Positions 6,601 to 14,458 of a stretch of DNA of 34,377 nt are shown one piece after another. The notes beneath the pieces are model-generated. The model worked only from the letters and a program-made list of their open reading frames with translations. It was not told the origin of the DNA and ran no database searches. The stretch is from an uncultured Verrucomicrobiota bacterium. GTDB taxonomy: Bacteria > Verrucomicrobiota > Kiritimatiellia > RFP12 > UBA1067. The stretch is taken from contig CAMPAA010000002.1 of NCBI GenBank assembly GCA_946631345.1, forward strand, positions 1 to 34,377, given 5' to 3'. Made by a program: the position numbers and the translations under genes. The stretch's first letter is position 1; each line of letters starts with the position of its first letter.

Positions 6601-8856
6601 GAGGCGGCTTCGGCCACAAGGGATAGGCTCGTCGTCAACTGCACGGTGGATCCGTCGCATGGCGTATGGATCGCCGGGACTTCCGGCGCTTGGGAGGCGG
6701 ACGAGAACTGGAGCCTTCCTCCGCCCGGCACCTCCGACGACAGCGTGGAGTTTCCGGCGACCCTGTCCGAAGACATCACCGTGACCACGGACGGCGCGCG
6801 GGTCAGGAGCATTGCGCAGAACTCCGCACAGACCGTTTCGCTGGCGGGTCCGGTGTCGTTTGCCGCGAACTCCACCTACGACATACCCGAAGCGGACGGG
6901 ACGCTGGAGCTGTCCGGTACGGTGGCCGCCGGCTCGCCGCTCTCCTCGACGCGCACGAGCGGCGCGGGCACTCTGCGCATCACGGGCAACATCTCAGGTT
7001 CGCCTGAGATATCGTCGCAGTCGGGCCGCATCGAAGGTGTGCCGTCCGCGCTTGGCTCGGCCATGTTGAACCTCGCCAACACGACGTTGCGTTTTACGGA
7101 TAACGGCGTTTTCTCGGGCCAGGTTCTCCATGACAACGCCGATGCGACCGGCGTTGGCGTGGAGGTCGCCGAAGGCAAGGTCGCATACGTGACCGGGGCG
7201 CTCAACAACAGCAGCGCGCTGCAGAAACTCGGGCCGGGCAAAGTGGTGTTCTGCCGCACCGGCACTAAGGCGAGCGTCACGAACCTCGTCGGCAAAACGG
7301 CGAAATCGGTAGACACCGTGCCTTGGTCGCACGGCACGAACGGCGACGTGCCGAACGGGCCGCCGCTCGGCGTCTATGCCGGAACGATCGCGTTCGACGG
7401 CGACAAAAACACGAAGTACACCGTTGACGGTGCGGTGCGCGTTGGCACACACCCCGTGCTGGACGGCACAGGTGGAGCATATGATGCCGTTTTGAGCGTA
7501 TATGGCGGGACGTTGACGGTGGGAAGCCTGAGCGTGAACTGCTTCACAGGCAACAACATATACGACAGGCCCGGGGATCTCGGCCTCACGCGTAGCCCGC
7601 GCGGCATAGTGAACGTCTATGGCGGCACGCTTCGCGTGAATGGTGGGTTCATAATGGGGCTGAACCCAAAGAAAGACTGTTGCGCCCAGAGCGAACTGAA
7701 TGTGTACGGCGGCCTTTTCGAGGTGAACGGCACCGGTGCGCCTGCAAGCTTCGGGATCGGATATCGTGCCAGCGCGAACGTGGCGTCGTCGCCGGAGGAT
7801 CTGTCTTCCACGATCAACCTCTACGACGGCACCATTCGCCGCACTGCCCCTGACGAGATATCCTTTGGCGCCTATGATGACGGCTACACCTACATACCCT
7901 ACATCACTCTCAACATGCAGGGCGGACATTTCGATGCGCCGGGGAGTACCTTGAACCTGATGAGAAAGAACGCCAAGGTTCGAGTAAGCCTTTGTGGCGG
8001 CGTACTTGACATTCTTTCTTTCACGCAGGGCAAATCGATAGGCAGCAGCACCGGCTCGTCTCTGGACTTCCACTTCAGCGGCGGCACGTACCGGCCGAAT
8101 GCGGCGGAGAGCACCTTCCCGGTGAAGACGATGAGTTCATTTACGGTGGGCGAGGGTGGTGCAAAGTTCGACCTGTGCGAGGCGAACGCGCTTACGCTCA
8201 AACAGGCTCTCACGACTGCGCCTGGCGTTGCGCAGGATGGAGGCATCGAGCTGACGGCCACGGGCGCTGCGCTGCTCACGCTGGACGCGGCCAACGCATT
8301 CAATGGCCCGCTTACGGTGAACGGCGGAACCATGATGCCTTCCGCTGCGGCGTGCGCGAGCTGCGCGGCCGGCGTGGTTGTGAACGGCTCCGGCGTGTTC
8401 GACGCGAACGGCTTCGGTTTCACGTTCGGGGATCTGAAGGGCAACGGCGGCACCTACACGAACGGCACGGTCACTGTGACTGGCTCGGTGGAGCCGGGGC
8501 CGCTCGGTCTGAACGTGCAGAACCTCGTGTTCGGCGGCGGCGCTGCGCTGCGGTGCCCGATCGCCGGTGACGCGGATGCGGGGTGGTCTGCTCCGTGCCT
8601 GAAGGTCTGCGGCAGCGTTTCGGCGCAGGGCGTCGTGACGCTGAACCTTGGCGGTACGGAGTTGGCACCGCTCGAGATCGGCGCGCGCGTGAAGGTCGCG
8701 GAAGTGGCGGCGGGCGGCGCGTTCCCGTCGCTCCGCGTGATGGGCGTGTGCGAGCGGCGCGCGTCCTTCGCCCTCGTCCGTACGGTCGGCGAGAGCGGGG
8801 CTACGGAGATATGGGCGGCGGTCGTTCCGCGCGGCACCACGCTCCATCTGAGGTAG
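3616..8856 (+). CDS. giant secreted or surface repeat protein (~1746 aa) with autotransporter-associated beta-strand (PATR-like) repeats
   Basis: One continuous ORF to 8856. A GTG at 3616 lies 6 nt after AAGGGGGAGAAGG and gives a signal-peptide-like N-terminus (KYGSFRAMAASVCVGCMMTGSLFA). The protein is Gly/Thr/Ala-rich with repeated G-GTL/GGT motifs typical of beta-helical surface proteins. No C-terminal beta-barrel or sorting motif is recognisable. The start is uncertain; alternatives are 3559 and 3640. Confidence 0.85.
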   Translation: MKYGSFRAMAASVCVGCMMTGSLFADSRHSYDETVSIADNIVFGEGTEIDVAPDATVTMLGTMTIDGDAGDIAKTGDGTFILATAPVNGTANGGEAASLSVQNGVFAASTGSGVVSTFGGGVEVGMMGELEVRNGTMNAGGLTLGGGIVDVTGGSLTAASATGAATIGVSGGATLAVTGTFSATSVGTEKDGTRIDVKDGGVFAVKNLTAASDAEIALHVDGGTFRSLQRVYNDAVSGRSVYVGEKGMTIDLTDSYAWGPQWKMNIAPEPGVADGGIDIVSTADTSPTSPLRVRFMSDCAMTVTGGVRIENVEAMLLGSSFPVSFTVGDNASVRVAVAPEVTVDELAYAGRDGYLVIGVNASNEASMLVAKKFTAPSGCLRVRFFGSDTTTAKYPTGTADILKIPASAQLPLARLLFAQNKGGYEVRFSERVEGSWRIFSVQMEEYDGTALNPHTTGDWMTGTTPWLLGNTLYPYAGDDRTVAATMLLNPKSARRNSMISIPEGTALALAGGAQQMQGGFVKFGDGTLTFGGDSAYAFCHSFTKDVPIVKGITQAYLAVTNDSGTSSRTHQSSLTVAAGTLKIGSGQDSPVVTVDLGELNVGSATTSAAGTERDAAMVMESGTLSVQTDPLIVGRTHGITATQSHTPLVSSFTQNGGVVTVESAGVAIDETEMSSMDARLVVNGGAFECRRELRLGMTGNDAASPSTATLEVNGGTLDIGAKAAARGVEGRLLAGTDSSENLSTVFTVNGGTVTLHAGALFAASGSHTVNLNEGGTVALMSGSFTASSGAAASTINWNGGVMKFCGANTFTGFKTVNIGAKDAILDLSEADTATWFNQALSGEGRLVVRGSGYQRGVQLYGSFSGCAGLVVADGGNVMVRVNPAAGFPVLVKDGGTLTAYYNRTYPLLTFGETDADTTSFLGYYIGGTFYGSTVSGTLAVNGTVNVGGRDASNGMLVLPQGEHTILTAPTGQIDAGKFRIHPELLARGAVATLSVEAASATRDRLVVNCTVDPSHGVWIAGTSGAWEADENWSLPPPGTSDDSVEFPATLSEDITVTTDGARVRSIAQNSAQTVSLAGPVSFAANSTYDIPEADGTLELSGTVAAGSPLSSTRTSGAGTLRITGNISGSPEISSQSGRIEGVPSALGSAMLNLANTTLRFTDNGVFSGQVLHDNADATGVGVEVAEGKVAYVTGALNNSSALQKLGPGKVVFCRTGTKASVTNLVGKTAKSVDTVPWSHGTNGDVPNGPPLGVYAGTIAFDGDKNTKYTVDGAVRVGTHPVLDGTGGAYDAVLSVYGGTLTVGSLSVNCFTGNNIYDRPGDLGLTRSPRGIVNVYGGTLRVNGGFIMGLNPKKDCCAQSELNVYGGLFEVNGTGAPASFGIGYRASANVASSPEDLSSTINLYDGTIRRTAPDEISFGAYDDGYTYIPYITLNMQGGHFDAPGSTLNLMRKNAKVRVSLCGGVLDILSFTQGKSIGSSTGSSLDFHFSGGTYRPNAAESTFPVKTMSSFTVGEGGAKFDLCEANALTLKQALTTAPGVAQDGGIELTATGAALLTLDAANAFNGPLTVNGGTMMPSAAACASCAAGVVVNGSGVFDANGFGFTFGDLKGNGGTYTNGTVTVTGSVEPGPLGLNVQNLVFGGGAALRCPIAGDADAGWSAPCLKVCGSVSAQGVVTLNLGGTELAPLEIGARVKVAEVAAGGAFPSLRVMGVCERRASFALVRTVGESGATEIWAAVVPRGTTLHLR

Positions 8857-8864
8857 GGGGCGGC

Positions 8865-10076
8865 ATGAGGCGCAGGGAGTTCATAGGGCTGTCAGCCGCA
8901 ACCGCCGCCGCCACGGCGTTCCGGCGGCTGGACGCAGCGGACGCGGTTCCGCCGCGCAACCGCCGCCCGTATGCGGACGTGGACTGGGACTCGTTCGTGG
9001 AGGTCCACACCACCACCCACGGGCACAGCCCCAGCCAGAAGTATCTCACGGGCTATCTTGACCGGGGCTTTGAGCTGCTGGCGCTCTCGAACTACTATCC
9101 GTCCGCACCGTACGTTCCGGCGGCGGCGATGACCGAGCGCTACTACTGGGTGCACAACGAAGGCATCCCGGTGATGGTGAACGGCGTCCGCACCGACGGC
9201 CCGTTCGACTGGTCTGCGATAATCGGCGAGTGGGCCGCCACTCTTCCGGAGGAACAGCGTTCGCAGCTGCCGTTCACGGAAGGGGCGCCCCTGTTCTCCG
9301 GGTTGCCGGACGGCATAATGGAGGTGCCCAACGCCGAGCATCACCGCTTTACGGACAGCAACATGCACATGTGCTCGCCTGGATCGTGGTTCGCATCCGG
9401 CACGTTCGATGCGCATGACCGCTTCAAGACCCGTTCCCACGGCTACAACTTCGGGACCGGCGAGCCATGGCGCACATCCGTGTCGAGAATGCTCGGCGCG
9501 CTCGCGTATCCGGACGGCGGCGGCGTTACGATAAATCATCCAGGATGGTCCAAGCTCACCGACGCGCACATCTGGGAGGTGCTCGACTACGACCCGCGCG
9601 TACTGGGGATAGAGGTGTACAACCAGTCGTGCGATTCCAAGGCGAACTGGCGCTGGGGGCTGAGCTACTGCGAAGGGATATGGGACAGGGCGCTTGCGAC
9701 AGGGCGGCAGTGCTTCGGCTTCTTCGTGCCAGACTGGGGAATAACGCAGGGGGTGAACGTGCTGCTCGTGCGGGAGAAGTCCGTGCGTGCGTGCCTGGAG
9801 GCATATCGGAAGGGCAACTTTTATGGCGCGATCAAGGGTCGCGGCATGCTGCGCTTCAGGTCGATCCGCTTCGATGGGGCGCATCTCAAGGTGGAGCTTG
9901 ACCGCGAGGCCGGCATACAGGTGGTTTCAAGGAAGGGAATTGCCGCGCGGGGGTGCGGGACGTCAATGGAATTCACCGTAGCGAAGTCCGAATGCCGCTC
10001 TCACGGCTATCTGCGTGTGCGGGCGTTTACGGCGGACGGCGAGACGATCTTCTCGCAGCCGCTGATGCTCACCTGA
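8865..10076 (+). CDS. Tat-signal secreted protein of unknown function (403 aa), possibly a PHP-like metal-dependent hydrolase
   Basis: The N-terminus MRRREFIGLSAATAAATAF has the twin-arginine pattern. His-rich motifs (VHTTTHGHS, NAEHH, TINHPGW) loosely resemble PHP-family metal ligands. The gene starts 8 nt after the giant gene's stop codon. Confidence 0.7.
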   Translation: MRRREFIGLSAATAAATAFRRLDAADAVPPRNRRPYADVDWDSFVEVHTTTHGHSPSQKYLTGYLDRGFELLALSNYYPSAPYVPAAAMTERYYWVHNEGIPVMVNGVRTDGPFDWSAIIGEWAATLPEEQRSQLPFTEGAPLFSGLPDGIMEVPNAEHHRFTDSNMHMCSPGSWFASGTFDAHDRFKTRSHGYNFGTGEPWRTSVSRMLGALAYPDGGGVTINHPGWSKLTDAHIWEVLDYDPRVLGIEVYNQSCDSKANWRWGLSYCEGIWDRALATGRQCFGFFVPDWGITQGVNVLLVREKSVRACLEAYRKGNFYGAIKGRGMLRFRSIRFDGAHLKVELDREAGIQVVSRKGIAARGCGTSMEFTVAKSECRSHGYLRVRAFTADGETIFSQPLMLT

Positions 10077-10193
10077 TGTCCCGATTCCATTCTGGATTGA
10101 ACTGTATTCCCCTTTGGTTGCCCCTGAAAGGGCATATCCTTTTTGGCCCCAACCAGAAGGGACTTTGATGGAAGTTGTGTCAGGGCGGCGGGC

Positions 10194-10221
10194 TTGCTTT
10201 TCGCAGGGAAAATGGTACAAT
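10194..10221 (+). promoter_or_regulatory. promoter TTGCTT-N16-(TGG)TACAAT
   Basis: Extended -10 TGGTACAAT at 10213-10221 and TTGCTT at 10194-10199. The ATG at 10230 is only 8 nt downstream, implying a leaderless or near-leaderless mRNA. Confidence 0.55.
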
Positions 10222-10229
10222 CATCGGCC

Positions 10230-11420
10230 ATGAAAAAACAAATCATTGCCGTTTCGGCCTTTCTCGCTGTAGGTGGCGCATTCGCACAGGCGATCGATGC
10301 CGCCAAGTACGATCCTCGCATGGCGCTTGAGAACGCCGTCGTGGATACCAACGGAGTCAAGTGGATCGACGGGAAGTTCCTGCCGCTCGAGGGCAAGTGC
10401 TTCGCCGACACCGACGACTTCTACGACCGCCTGCCCAAGAACGTCACGACCAACGTCAACAACGGCGTACGCGGCATGAAGCACCATTCCGCCGGTATGC
10501 AGTTCCGCTTCCGCACCGATTCCAAGGCTCTCTACTTCAAGTGGATGCCGTACAGCAGCAATCTCGCAATGGACCATATGCCGTCCACCGGCGTATCCGG
10601 CATCGACGTCTACCGCCAGGGGCCTGACGGCAAGTGGCGCTACATCTCGACGGGCCGCATCCATGACGCGAAGAAGGGCGGAAGCCTCAGCGTATGGGGC
10701 AGCCCAGGCGATGCGTACATCGTGAACCTGCCGCTCTACAACGGCATAAAGTCGTTCACACTCGGCATCGAGAAGAACGCGAAGGTGGAGGCGCTCGGCC
10801 CCCGCAAGAGCGGAATAAACAAGCCGGTCGTGTTCTACGGCACTTCGATCACCCACGGCGGTTGCGCATCGCGGCCCGGCCTTGCGTTCCCGTCCATCGT
10901 CGGGCGCGATCTTGACGTGCCGATCGTCAACCTCGGCTTCTCCGGCTCTGGACGGATGGAGTATGAGATGAGCGAGCATCTCGCCGCCATCGACGCCAGC
11001 TGCTACGTGCTGGACTGCCTCTGGAACATGTCCATCCCGAAGAAGAACGCCGGCGCCGCATTCCACGACATGTACGCGAAGGGCTTCGACAAGAACGACC
11101 GGATATCCGTGGTGCGCGCCCGCTACGAGCCGTTCATCCGCAACCTGCGCGCGAAGCGTCCGGGCGTGCCGATCGTGATGGCCGAGCAGTGCGACGTGTA
11201 CTGCAAGGGGCCCAACGCGAAGGACAAGTTCATAAAGTCCCTCTACGACAAGCTGATCGCGGAAGGCTGGAAGAACCTCGTGTACCTCCCCAAGACGGAC
11301 ATGTACACCGGAGACCATGAGGGCACCGTTGACGGCTGCCACCCGAACGACTGGGGCATGATGTCGATGGCCAAGGCGTTCGGCGCCGGCGTAAAGGCCG
11401 CTCTCGACACCGTAAAGTGA
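10230..11420 (+). CDS. SGNH/GDSL-family hydrolase (carbohydrate esterase-like) with an N-terminal beta-sandwich domain and a signal peptide
   Basis: Signal peptide MKKQIIAVSAFLAVGGAFAQA. SGNH blocks are present: VVFYGTSITHGG (block I Ser), GFSGSGRME (block II Gly) and DGCHPND (block V D..H). Confidence 0.85.
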   Translation: MKKQIIAVSAFLAVGGAFAQAIDAAKYDPRMALENAVVDTNGVKWIDGKFLPLEGKCFADTDDFYDRLPKNVTTNVNNGVRGMKHHSAGMQFRFRTDSKALYFKWMPYSSNLAMDHMPSTGVSGIDVYRQGPDGKWRYISTGRIHDAKKGGSLSVWGSPGDAYIVNLPLYNGIKSFTLGIEKNAKVEALGPRKSGINKPVVFYGTSITHGGCASRPGLAFPSIVGRDLDVPIVNLGFSGSGRMEYEMSEHLAAIDASCYVLDCLWNMSIPKKNAGAAFHDMYAKGFDKNDRISVVRARYEPFIRNLRAKRPGVPIVMAEQCDVYCKGPNAKDKFIKSLYDKLIAEGWKNLVYLPKTDMYTGDHEGTVDGCHPNDWGMMSMAKAFGAGVKAALDTVK

Positions 11421-11441
11421 CCCGGCCTGCGCGGAGGAACA

Positions 11442-13043
11442 ATGAAGTTCATAGCGGCGGCGGTTCTGGCGGCGGTTGCGGCAGGGGCCGCCGCTCCTGT
11501 CTGTGCGGTGGATGCTCCGGACAGGCTTTGGGTGCATATCCTATACGACCTGCGCAAAGAAGACCAGTTCCGCAAGGCCACGAACATAGTTGCGCAGGCG
11601 AAGTCGCACGGCTACACGGGCGTGATGCTCGCCTCCCCCTGCCGGCTCGGGATGCTCCATCTCTGGAAGGACGATGAGCTTGAGCGGCTGCGCGCTGTGC
11701 GACGCGCCTGCGAGTCGGCCGGGATGGAGATCGCAGTGGGGCTGTGGTCGTTCGGATACGCGAAGGAGTGCTTCTTCCCGATCGACCCGAACCTGTGTGC
11801 CGCCGCCCCGGTGAACGATACCCGCTACCGCGTGGAGGGAGGCCGTTGCGTGCATCTGCCGCCACCGCCGCGTGGCCTGCTGTCAGCTCCAGGCCAGCTG
11901 CATTCTCCGCGCAGGGAGGGAGACGTGGCAGACATCACGGTGGCTGTCACGCCAGGCAGGTCGTACCGTCTGCGCGTCCGCGCGAAGTCGCCCGCAGCCA
12001 AGTACCAGTCGTGGCCGGTAGGGGTGAGCGTGCGGCGGATGGACGCCAAGCGCGACTACATCGAGACGGGGGTGTTCCACGTCAAGGCGGACGGTGCCGA
12101 GCATACGTACGACCTGCACTTCGCCAGCCTTGCCGAGCGTGAGGTGAGGATACTGTGCCGCGGATACAACCGAACGTTCCCGAACCACGCGGAGGTGCTT
12201 GGGCTGGAGCTTTCCGAGACCGAGCCGCGACTGGCGATACGGCGGCACGGCACGCCGGTGACTGTGCGCAGCGTCAAGACCGGGCAGATTTTCGAGGAGG
12301 GCCGCGACTACGCCGCGATACCGAGGGCGAAGGGCGTGTGGCCGGGGCCTTGGAACAAGTACCGTTTCGCGGTTAAGCCCCTGCCGGGCGGGCGGATGAG
12401 GGACGGCGACGAGATATCCGTAGACTGTTACTGTTCGTTCCCCACATGGGGCAAGTGGGCGAGTGCATGCATGGCCGCGCCAGAGCTGGACCCGATAATG
12501 GAGGCTTCGGCGGCGGCCGTGGCCCGCGAGCTGAACCCGCGCATGTGGTTCCTGTCCTACGACGAGGTGCGCACGGGCGGCGGATGCACGGATTGCCGCC
12601 GCATCGGAGACATGGCGCACATCTACGCCGCACGCGTGAAGAAATCCATGGAGATCATACGCCGGTACCGTCCTGACGCCGAAATCATGATCTGGAACGA
12701 CATGGTGGACCCGTTCTACATGAACGACGGGGGCGCGAACGCAGGTATGTACTCGTCCATGAAGGGCGTGTGGGACCTTCTGCCGCCAGACCTCGGAATC
12801 GGCTACTGGACTTACGGCACGCGCGAGAAGGGCATGGAGTTCTTCTCTGGGCAGGGGCGGCGCATCCTCGTATGCGCATACTACGACGAGAAGGTGCTGA
12901 AGCGCAGCATCGACTGGGCAGAGCTTGCGATGCGCACTCCGGGCGTGGCCGGGATCGTGTACTGCACGTGGGGGGACAACTGGAGACTCCTCGGCGCATT
13001 TGGCGACATGGTAAGGGAGAAGGCGAAAGGAGCGGCAAGATGA
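11442..13043 (+). CDS. secreted hypothetical protein (533 aa), possibly a TIM-barrel glycosidase-like fold with an inserted beta-sandwich
   Basis: Signal peptide MKFIAAAVLAAVAAGAAAPVCA and GGAGGA Shine-Dalgarno at 11433-11438. The FLSYDEV and IMIWNDM segments are reminiscent of GH20-type catalytic strands, but this is a weak, from-memory resemblance. Confidence 0.7.
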   Translation: MKFIAAAVLAAVAAGAAAPVCAVDAPDRLWVHILYDLRKEDQFRKATNIVAQAKSHGYTGVMLASPCRLGMLHLWKDDELERLRAVRRACESAGMEIAVGLWSFGYAKECFFPIDPNLCAAAPVNDTRYRVEGGRCVHLPPPPRGLLSAPGQLHSPRREGDVADITVAVTPGRSYRLRVRAKSPAAKYQSWPVGVSVRRMDAKRDYIETGVFHVKADGAEHTYDLHFASLAEREVRILCRGYNRTFPNHAEVLGLELSETEPRLAIRRHGTPVTVRSVKTGQIFEEGRDYAAIPRAKGVWPGPWNKYRFAVKPLPGGRMRDGDEISVDCYCSFPTWGKWASACMAAPELDPIMEASAAAVARELNPRMWFLSYDEVRTGGGCTDCRRIGDMAHIYAARVKKSMEIIRRYRPDAEIMIWNDMVDPFYMNDGGANAGMYSSMKGVWDLLPPDLGIGYWTYGTREKGMEFFSGQGRRILVCAYYDEKVLKRSIDWAELAMRTPGVAGIVYCTWGDNWRLLGAFGDMVREKAKGAAR

Positions 13044-14458
13044 ACAGGCGTGAATTCATAAAGGGGGCGGCGATCATGGCGGGGACTGCGCCGGTCGCTG
13101 GATGGAAGTCGTACGAACAGTCCGCGTCCGGGGCGGGGATACGCTATTCGCGCACGCTTCCGGTGAAGGTTGAGACTGACGTTATGGTGTGCGGCGGCGG
13201 CGCGGCAGGGGTGGCGGCGGCGGTAGCCGCGCGCAAGGCCGGTGCGATGGTGTTCCTTGCCGAGGGCTTTACCTGCTTTGGCGGGCTTGGCACCGCCGCG
13301 CGCGTGCCGGTGTTCATGCAGTGGGGCGACGGGGAGCGCGATCTCGCCTGCGGCTTCGGCACGCGCTTCCGCGAGCGCCTGCGCAAGGCTGGAGCCCTGC
13401 ACGGGGGCGAGCGCGCGTTCGACTTCGAGGCGGTGAAGCGCGAGTACGACCGTGTGATGCAGGAAAGCGGGGCGGATTTCCTCTTCCAGACGCGCGTGAT
13501 AGACGTGGTAATGGAGGACGGGGCGATAGGCTGCGCCGTGGTGGCCGCGCCGAGCGGCGTATGGGCGGTGAAGGCGAAGGTGTACGTGGATGCCACGGGC
13601 AACGGCGATATCGCCTGCCAGGCTGGGGTGCCGTTCGAGAAGGGCGACGCCACGGGACACATGATGCCAGCTTCGCTGCTTTCGGCCTGGGACGGCGTGG
13701 ACTGGGACCGCTGGGCGAGGGAACGCCCGAAGAGACCGCAGCCATTCGGTTCGCAGCTTGCGCGGGCGGCGGCGGACGGCGTGTTCAAGGAGCCGGATCT
13801 CCACATGACGGGCCTCTACCGCTTCCCGAACGGCTATGCAACGGCCAATATCGGCCACGTGTTCAACCTCGACGGCACGGACGAGCGGTCGCTTACGAGG
13901 GGGTTCATACGGGGACGCGAGTCGATGGAGGAGTATCAGCGCTACTTCCGCGAGTACCTGAAGTGCGGACTGGAGAACGTGCGCCTCGTGGAGACCGCCG
14001 CGATGATGGGTGTGCGCGAGACGCGCCGCATCCTTGGCGACTACGTGATGACGCTTGACGACTACATGCGGCGGGCCGTGTTCCCGGACGAGATTGGCCG
14101 CTACGCATATCCGATCGACATCCATCCGTCAAGCGCCGACAAGGCTGCGTACGAGAAGCACCGCGAGGAGTTCGATCGTCTCTACAGGTACCGGCGCGGT
14201 GAAAGCTACGGCATACCGTACCGCATCCTGTGCGCCAAGGGCGTGAGGAACCTGCTCGTCGCGGGGCGGTGCGTATCCGTCGACCAGAAGGTGCAGGCGT
14301 CGATCCGCGTGATGCCCGCCTGCTACATAACAGGGCAGGCGGCGGGCTTTGCAGCGGCGGACGCGGCAGACCGGCTCTCCGGCGACGTGCATGCGGTCGA
14401 AGTGAAGGGGCTTCAGCATAGGCTGAAGGATTTCGGCGCGTATCTGCCGAACGCTTGA
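13040..14458 (+). CDS. Tat-signal FAD-dependent oxidoreductase (472 aa)
   Basis: Twin-arginine leader MNRREFIKGAAIMAGTAPVAG. Dinucleotide-binding motif DVMVCGGGAAGVAAAVAARKAGAMVFLAE. The ATG overlaps the upstream stop codon (ATGA at 13040-13043). Confidence 0.85.
   Translation: MNRREFIKGAAIMAGTAPVAGWKSYEQSASGAGIRYSRTLPVKVETDVMVCGGGAAGVAAAVAARKAGAMVFLAEGFTCFGGLGTAARVPVFMQWGDGERDLACGFGTRFRERLRKAGALHGGERAFDFEAVKREYDRVMQESGADFLFQTRVIDVVMEDGAIGCAVVAAPSGVWAVKAKVYVDATGNGDIACQAGVPFEKGDATGHMMPASLLSAWDGVDWDRWARERPKRPQPFGSQLARAAADGVFKEPDLHMTGLYRFPNGYATANIGHVFNLDGTDERSLTRGFIRGRESMEEYQRYFREYLKCGLENVRLVETAAMMGVRETRRILGDYVMTLDDYMRRAVFPDEIGRYAYPIDIHPSSADKAAYEKHREEFDRLYRYRRGESYGIPYRILCAKGVRNLLVAGRCVSVDQKVQASIRVMPACYITGQAAGFAAADAADRLSGDVHAVEVKGLQHRLKDFGAYLPNA

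Noticed and set aside
8583-8864. Upstream extensions of + strand ORFs in the track (8583, 10143, 12770, 21708, 23111, 24219, 27230, 3499)
   Set aside because: The extensions overlap the preceding gene, a terminator or a promoter and translate to Arg/Gly-rich junk. Internal starts give clean signal peptides, Tat leaders or family-typical N-termini. They are also preceded by SD sequences, stop-start overlaps or TGGTAYAAT promoters.
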